Shown here piece after piece: positions 32,772-37,245 of a DNA stretch of 37,245 bases. Location of the stretch: contig NC_069002.1 in NCBI RefSeq assembly GCF_001194135.2, positions 1,796,457 through 1,833,701 of the forward strand, read 5' to 3'. Every line of letters begins with the position of its first letter. The stretch's first letter is position 1. The position numbers and the translations under genes are program-made. The notes beneath the pieces were generated by a model. The model was not told the DNA's origin, did not search any database, and saw nothing but the letters and a program-made list of their open reading frames with translations. Source of the stretch: Octopus bimaculoides. Its lineage: Eukaryota.

Positions 32772-32940
32772 CAGACGGCGTGCTGGTAGAATCGTTAGCA
32801 CGTCGGGCTAAAATACTTCGCTGCATTTGTCCGTCTTTGCGCTCTGAGTTCACATATCGTCGTGGTCGACTTTACTTTTTATCATTTCGGAGTTGGTAAA
32901 ACATGCACCAGTTCAGTATTGCGGGTCGATGTAATCGAAA
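32772..32940 (+). mobile_element. Diverged family A SINE (separate A tail fragment at about 32640-32715)
   Basis: GACGGCGTGCTGGTAGAATCGTTAGCACG head, CTCTGAGTTCAC, GGTCGACTTT, GGGTCGATGTAATCGA. Confidence 0.8.
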
Positions 32941-33214
32941 TCTGGCTCTTTCACCCTGCTGTTCTTGCCATAGCTGCAATATTTATCATGAAGACATATA
33001 TTCAGGTAACAGTAATTGAAACCAGAACAATCAGTTCAGGGGCATGGCGACAGGTGGAAGAAAAATTGGAGGTTCGCTTAATAAGACAAGTTACAAATCA
33101 GCATTGTGTCGTCTAAACTAAATCTTCCATTCGAATGCACGCAATATAAACAAGTAGATGGCGTGGTAGAAACAAGAAAACTAAAGCTCACGACATAGTT
33201 GCTCAACATACAAC

Positions 33215-33598
33215 CGCATTCAGTCCCATTGCGTGTCACCTCGAGCAATAAAAATAGTCTTCTGCTGTAGACTCGGGCCGACCAAAGCCTTGTAAGTGGT
33301 AGGCTTTGGTAGACGGAAACTGAAAGAATCCCGACATGTTTGTGAGTGTGTATGTATGTATGTATGTATGTGTGTATGTATGTAGGATTATATACTTATA
33401 TGTGCGTGCGTTTGCGTTTGTGCTTGTTACGCACTATCTCCCGACAGTCAGTGTTGGGTTGTTTGCGTCATGTAACATAGCAGTTCGGCAAAAGAAACCG
33501 ATAGAACAAGTATCTGACTTCAAAAAATATTTTAAAAAAACAGACTGGGGTTTAACGAAAATCTTTCAAGGCGGGTCCTAGCATTGTTGCAGTTCAAG
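33215..33598 (+). mobile_element. Diverged family B SINE
   Basis: TTCAGTCCCATTGCGTG, CTCGGGCCGACCAAAGCCTTG, TTTGGTAGACGGAAACTGAAAGAA, GTTCGGCAAAAGAAACCGATAGAA. Confidence 0.85.
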
Positions 33599-34783
33599 TA
33601 TATATATATATCATAATTTTTCTCGTCTGGCCGTAAAGCCTTTTCTGTTTGTTTTCCTGTCTTGTTTTTTGTCCGCCACTACATTCCTCCATGGCTAGAT
33701 TTAATTTGCGTATACAAATTTAATCTGCGATCCATGGGACGAGCCGTTTTAGCGATGCGTCCTGCCCAAGCTCGTCGAAACGCCGGTGTTAAAACGTGGG
33801 TGGCTGATGAAGGAGAATGTTCTCTATGTGGCTCGTGTGTTCTCGTCTACGTTTGTTTGCAATGTCCTGTACCCAGATATGCACCTATACATACAGGTGG
33901 ATGTCGGTATGCACATACCTGTACGTATATATGCATATACTCATTTACTATTTGTNNNNNNNNNNNNNNNNNNNNNNNNNNNNNNNNNNNNNNNNNNNNN
34001 NNNNNNNNNNNNNNNNNNNNNNNNNNNNNNNNNNNNNNNNNNNNNNNNNNNNNNNNNNNNNNNNNNNNNNNNNNNNNNNNNNNNNNNNNNNNNNNNNNNN
34101 NNNNNNNNNNNNNNNNNNNNNNNNNNNNNNNNNNNNNNNNNNNNNNNNNNNNNNNNNNNNNNNNNNNNNNNNNNNNNNNNNNNNNNNNNNNNNNNNNNNN
34201 NNNNNNNNNNNNNNNNNNNNNNNNNNNNNNNNNNNNNNNNNNNNNNNNNNNNNNNNNNNNNNNNNNNNNNNNNNNNNNNNNNNNNNNNNNNNNNNNNNNN
34301 NNNNNNNNNNNNNNNNNNNNNNNNNNNNNNNNNNNNNNNNNNNNNNNNNNNNNNNNNNNNNNNNNNNNNNNNNNNNNNNNNNNNNNNNNNNNNNNNNNNN
34401 NNNNNNNNNNNNNNNNNNNNNNNNNNNNNNNNNNNNNNNNNNNNNNNNNNNNNNNNNNNNNNNNNNNNNNNNNNNNNNNNNNNNNNNNNNNNNNNNNNNN
34501 NNNNNNNNNNNNNNNNNNNNNNNNNNNNNNNNNNNNNNNNNNNNNNNNNNNNNNNNNNNNNNNNNNNNNNNNNNNNNNNNNNNNNNNNNNNNNNNNNNNN
34601 NNNNNNNNNNNNNNNNNNNNNNNNNNNNNNNNNNNNNNNNNNNNNNNNNNNNNNNNNNNNNNNNNNNNNNNNNNNNNNNNNNNNNNNNNNNNNNNNNNNN
34701 NNNNNNNNNNNNNNNNNNNNNNNNNNNNNNNNNNNNNNNNNNNNNNNNNNNNNNNNNNNNNNNNNNNNNNNNNNNNNNNNNNN

Positions 34784-34826
<43 letters not shown>

Positions 34827-34931
34827 TATACGTGTGTATGTGTGTGTGTGTATGTGTGTGTCTGTGTGTGCGTGCGTGTGTGTGTGTGTGTGTAACACAG
34901 ATCAGGCTGTCAATGTTAGGAAAGTCTGTTC

Positions 34932-34971
34932 GATTTATAGGCAGATTTATAGGCAGATTTATAGGCAGATT
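34932..34971. repeat. 12-bp tandem repeat (GATTTATAGGCA)x3.3
   Basis: Three perfect units plus GATT. Confidence 0.95.
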
Positions 34972-36364
34972 CTGTTCTGACCTGGAACTAAAAAAGTTGT
35001 TGAAAACATTTCACACAAACCAAAACAACAGTATGACACATGTTCACGCACACGCACCCACACATACACATACATCCACACATTGCATTGACACACCTAC
35101 ATACATGTAAACAGGCGCACACTACAAGAACACGTCAGCCCGGATGCACCAATGAAAAGACTCAGAAACGGTCACACCTCTTTGTTTCTTTCAATCTCTG
35201 GTTTTTCCATTATTTTTGTTTATATGATATTTTTGTGTGTGTGTGTGTGTCCTGAATAAAAACAAACTTACACAGCATTCTTGTTTATCTTTTCACACAT
35301 ATCTATATATATAAATGNNNNNNNNNNNNNNNNNNNNNNNNNNNNNNNNNNNNNNNNNNNNNNNNNNNNNNNNNNNNNNNNNNNNNNNNNNNNNNNNNNN
35401 NNNNNNNNNNNNNNNNNNNNNNNNNNNNNNNNNNNNNNNNNNNNNNNNNNNNNNNNNNNNNNNNNNNNNNNNNNNNNNNNNNNNNNNNNNNNNNNNNNNN
35501 NNNNNNNNNNNNNNNNNNNNNNNNNNNNNNNNNNNNNNNNNNNNNNNNNNNNNNNNNNNNNNNNNNNNNNNNNNNNNNNNNNNNNNNNNNNNNNNNNNNN
35601 NNNNNNNNNNNNNNNNNNNNNNNNNNNNNNNNNNNNNNNNNNNNNNNNNNNNNNNNNNNNNNNNNNNNNNNNNNNNNNNNNNNNNNNNNNNNNNNNNNNN
35701 NNNNNNNNNNNNNNNNNNNNNNNNNNNNNNNNNNNNNNNNNNNNNNNNNNNNNNNNNNNNNNNNNNNNNNNNNNNNNNNNNNNNNNNNNNNNNNNNNNNN
35801 NNNNNNNNNNNNNNNNNNNNNNNNNNNNNNNNNNNNNNNNNNNNNNNNNNNNNNNNNNNNNNNNNNNNNNNNNNNNNNNNNNNNNNNNNNNNNNNNNNNN
35901 NNCCACCACCACCACCACCACCACCACCACCACCGGCAGCTCTCCCACCACAACCCTCCTCCTCCACCTCCACTAAATCACATGTGGTTGTCATCCTTGT
36001 TAAACGACTCACACCACTTTCTCTTATTCCAACAACAGTCATTCAGGAAGACAGTTCAGTTGTTAACTTCTCACAAACAACCAAGCACCACATTGCCTTA
36101 AATTTATTTCGTCTGGTTCTGGTCAGTTTCACTCTAAATCTTACTTTTTCTCTCTCTTTCTCTCACAGTTTCTCTCTTTTTTTTTCTTTTTTCTGGTTTT
36201 TCTTTTTTATTCTTCGTTTATATATTACTTCTTTTACTATTGTTTTTGCACAATTTTTTGTTTTGATGTTCTTGTTTTTGTGAGTTTTATTACAATAATA
36301 ATAACTTGGTTGTTGTATACAACGCTCGGGTACTTTGTTGTGGATGTACGTAGACGTATATATG

Positions 36365-36397
<33 letters not shown>

Positions 36398-36574
36398 CTT
36401 TTACTTGTTACAGTCATTAGACGACGGCCACCCTGGAGCACCGCCTTGAAAACTTTTAGTCGATCCAATGAATCCAGGTACTTTTAAGTTCGTTACTTTA
36501 TCGTCCAAATTGCCTGACAGAAAAGTTAGGGACGTAAACATACCAGCACCGGTCAGCAAGCAGTGGTGGGGTAT

Positions 36575-36733
36575 GGGTCACATGGGTTGTTTAAACCAGA
36601 ATTCCGCCGAAAGAAGTCAGTCGTATACATATGTATACGACTGACTTCTTTCGGCGGAATTCTGGTTTAAACAACCCATGTATACGACTGACTTCTTTCG
36701 GCGGAATTCTGGTTTAAACAACCCATGTGACCC
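36575..36733. repeat. Perfect 102-bp palindrome (36580-36681) plus 47-bp tandem duplication (36631-36677 = 36678-36724)
   Basis: Arms checked base by base; centre ATACAT|ATGTAT at 36630/36631; outer arm 36575-36630 also pairs fully with 36678-36733. Confidence 0.97.
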
Positions 36734-37177
36734 CTCGAAACTTTTTTTTTTTATTTTGGGGAATTTTCATAAAATTTTTTAGTGTTTATGTTCTACACGC
36801 GATAATTCATACAATTATGCAAGATGAAATTTTTGTGTGTATGGTTTAAAGGCGATTTAACTGTTATATTTAGCACATCCTACGACCACCTGATACCTTC
36901 CTCGTTTCTTTGTCACTCTGAAATCTATTGATATTTTTCAATATTCTTCTTCTACCCCAAAACACATTTAATGAAATGATGATTCACCCAAAGGCGGTCC
37001 ATAGTTGGGATTTGAGCAACAAAATTCGGACTGTCCGCATTTCAAATTCATATTAAAAAAAAACAAAATTAGGAAAGAAAATGAAGCTTTTAGGATTTAT
37101 GGGGTGGGGATTAAAATTTTTTTTTAATCATCTTTTTTTTTTTTTTCTAACATCGATGCTTAAACCAGAATTCTGCC
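36700..37177. mobile_element. 478-bp non-autonomous DNA transposon (MITE), Merlin-like
   Basis: TIRs GGCGGAATTCTGGTTTAA (36700-36717) and TTAAACCAGAATTCTGCC (37160-37177), 17/18 complementary; 8-bp TSD CTTCTTTC at 36692-36699 and 37178-37185; AT-rich interior with no listed ORF. Confidence 0.88.
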
Positions 37178-37245
37178 CTTCTTTCAGTTTCTGTCTACCG
37201 AATCCTCAAATTTTTGGTCGACCCGGGGATGGGCCGGGGATATAA

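Larger units (their letters stand above)
36397..37232 (-). mobile_element. Family B SINE split by a DNA-transposon insertion (pieces 36397-36571, 36678-36699, 37178-37232)
   Basis: Tail piece TTACTTGTTACAGTCATTAGA..GGGACGTAAACATACCAGCACC; middle ATACGACTGACTTCTTTC resumes after the insertion as CTTCTTTCAGTTTCTGTCTACC. Confidence 0.85.

Noticed and set aside
1268-33598. tRNA-like A/B boxes in many places; repeated core motifs that might suggest tRNA genes or a CRISPR-like array
   Set aside because: All are SINE heads or cores: no cloverleaf or discrete tRNA gene, and repeats are dispersed in both orientations with no regular spacers
122-36283. Long ORFs in the supplied track (e.g. 387-1247, 7443-8565, 17346-18293, 33662-34980, 35268-36283) and the many CVCV/HTHT/RERE/LSIY ORFs
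   Set aside because: They are open only because they span N-gaps or microsatellites; they carry no coding evidence

Overview
AT-rich, microsatellite-dense, gap-ridden eukaryotic DNA (10 N-gaps totalling about 4.0 kb). The SINE families present look like those I recognise from Octopus genomes; that taxon call is recognition, not a search. I cannot support any host protein-coding gene, and nearly every ORF in the supplied track is an artefact of microsatellites, N-gaps or SINEs. The window reads as intronic or intergenic repeat landscape. It holds two abundant tRNA-derived SINE families (called A and B here, more than 25 copies or fragments, some with clear TSDs) and a third dispersed repeat (C). 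It also holds decayed coding relics of four transposon classes: an RLE-type non-LTR retrotransposon endonuclease (14.8-15.25 kb), a Tc1/mariner transposase (22.4-22.8 kb), a Helitron PIF1-type helicase (30.6-30.8 kb) and a Penelope-like RT (31.45-31.63 kb). The most interesting signals are three. (1) A 478-bp non-autonomous DNA transposon with GG-starting 18-bp TIRs and an 8-bp TSD (Merlin-like) sits inside a SINE, and its left junction is copied into a perfect 102-bp palindrome plus a 47-bp tandem repeat. (2) Two copies of a ~190-bp repeat carry a minimal hammerhead-ribozyme-like fold with a variant core, one of them just downstream of the Penelope RT relic. (3) A few short splice-bounded candidate exons occur on both strands, including a His-rich one, none of which I can assign to a gene. 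I found no evidence of a wholly new multi-gene system. Repeat boundaries are approximate unless TSDs are given.
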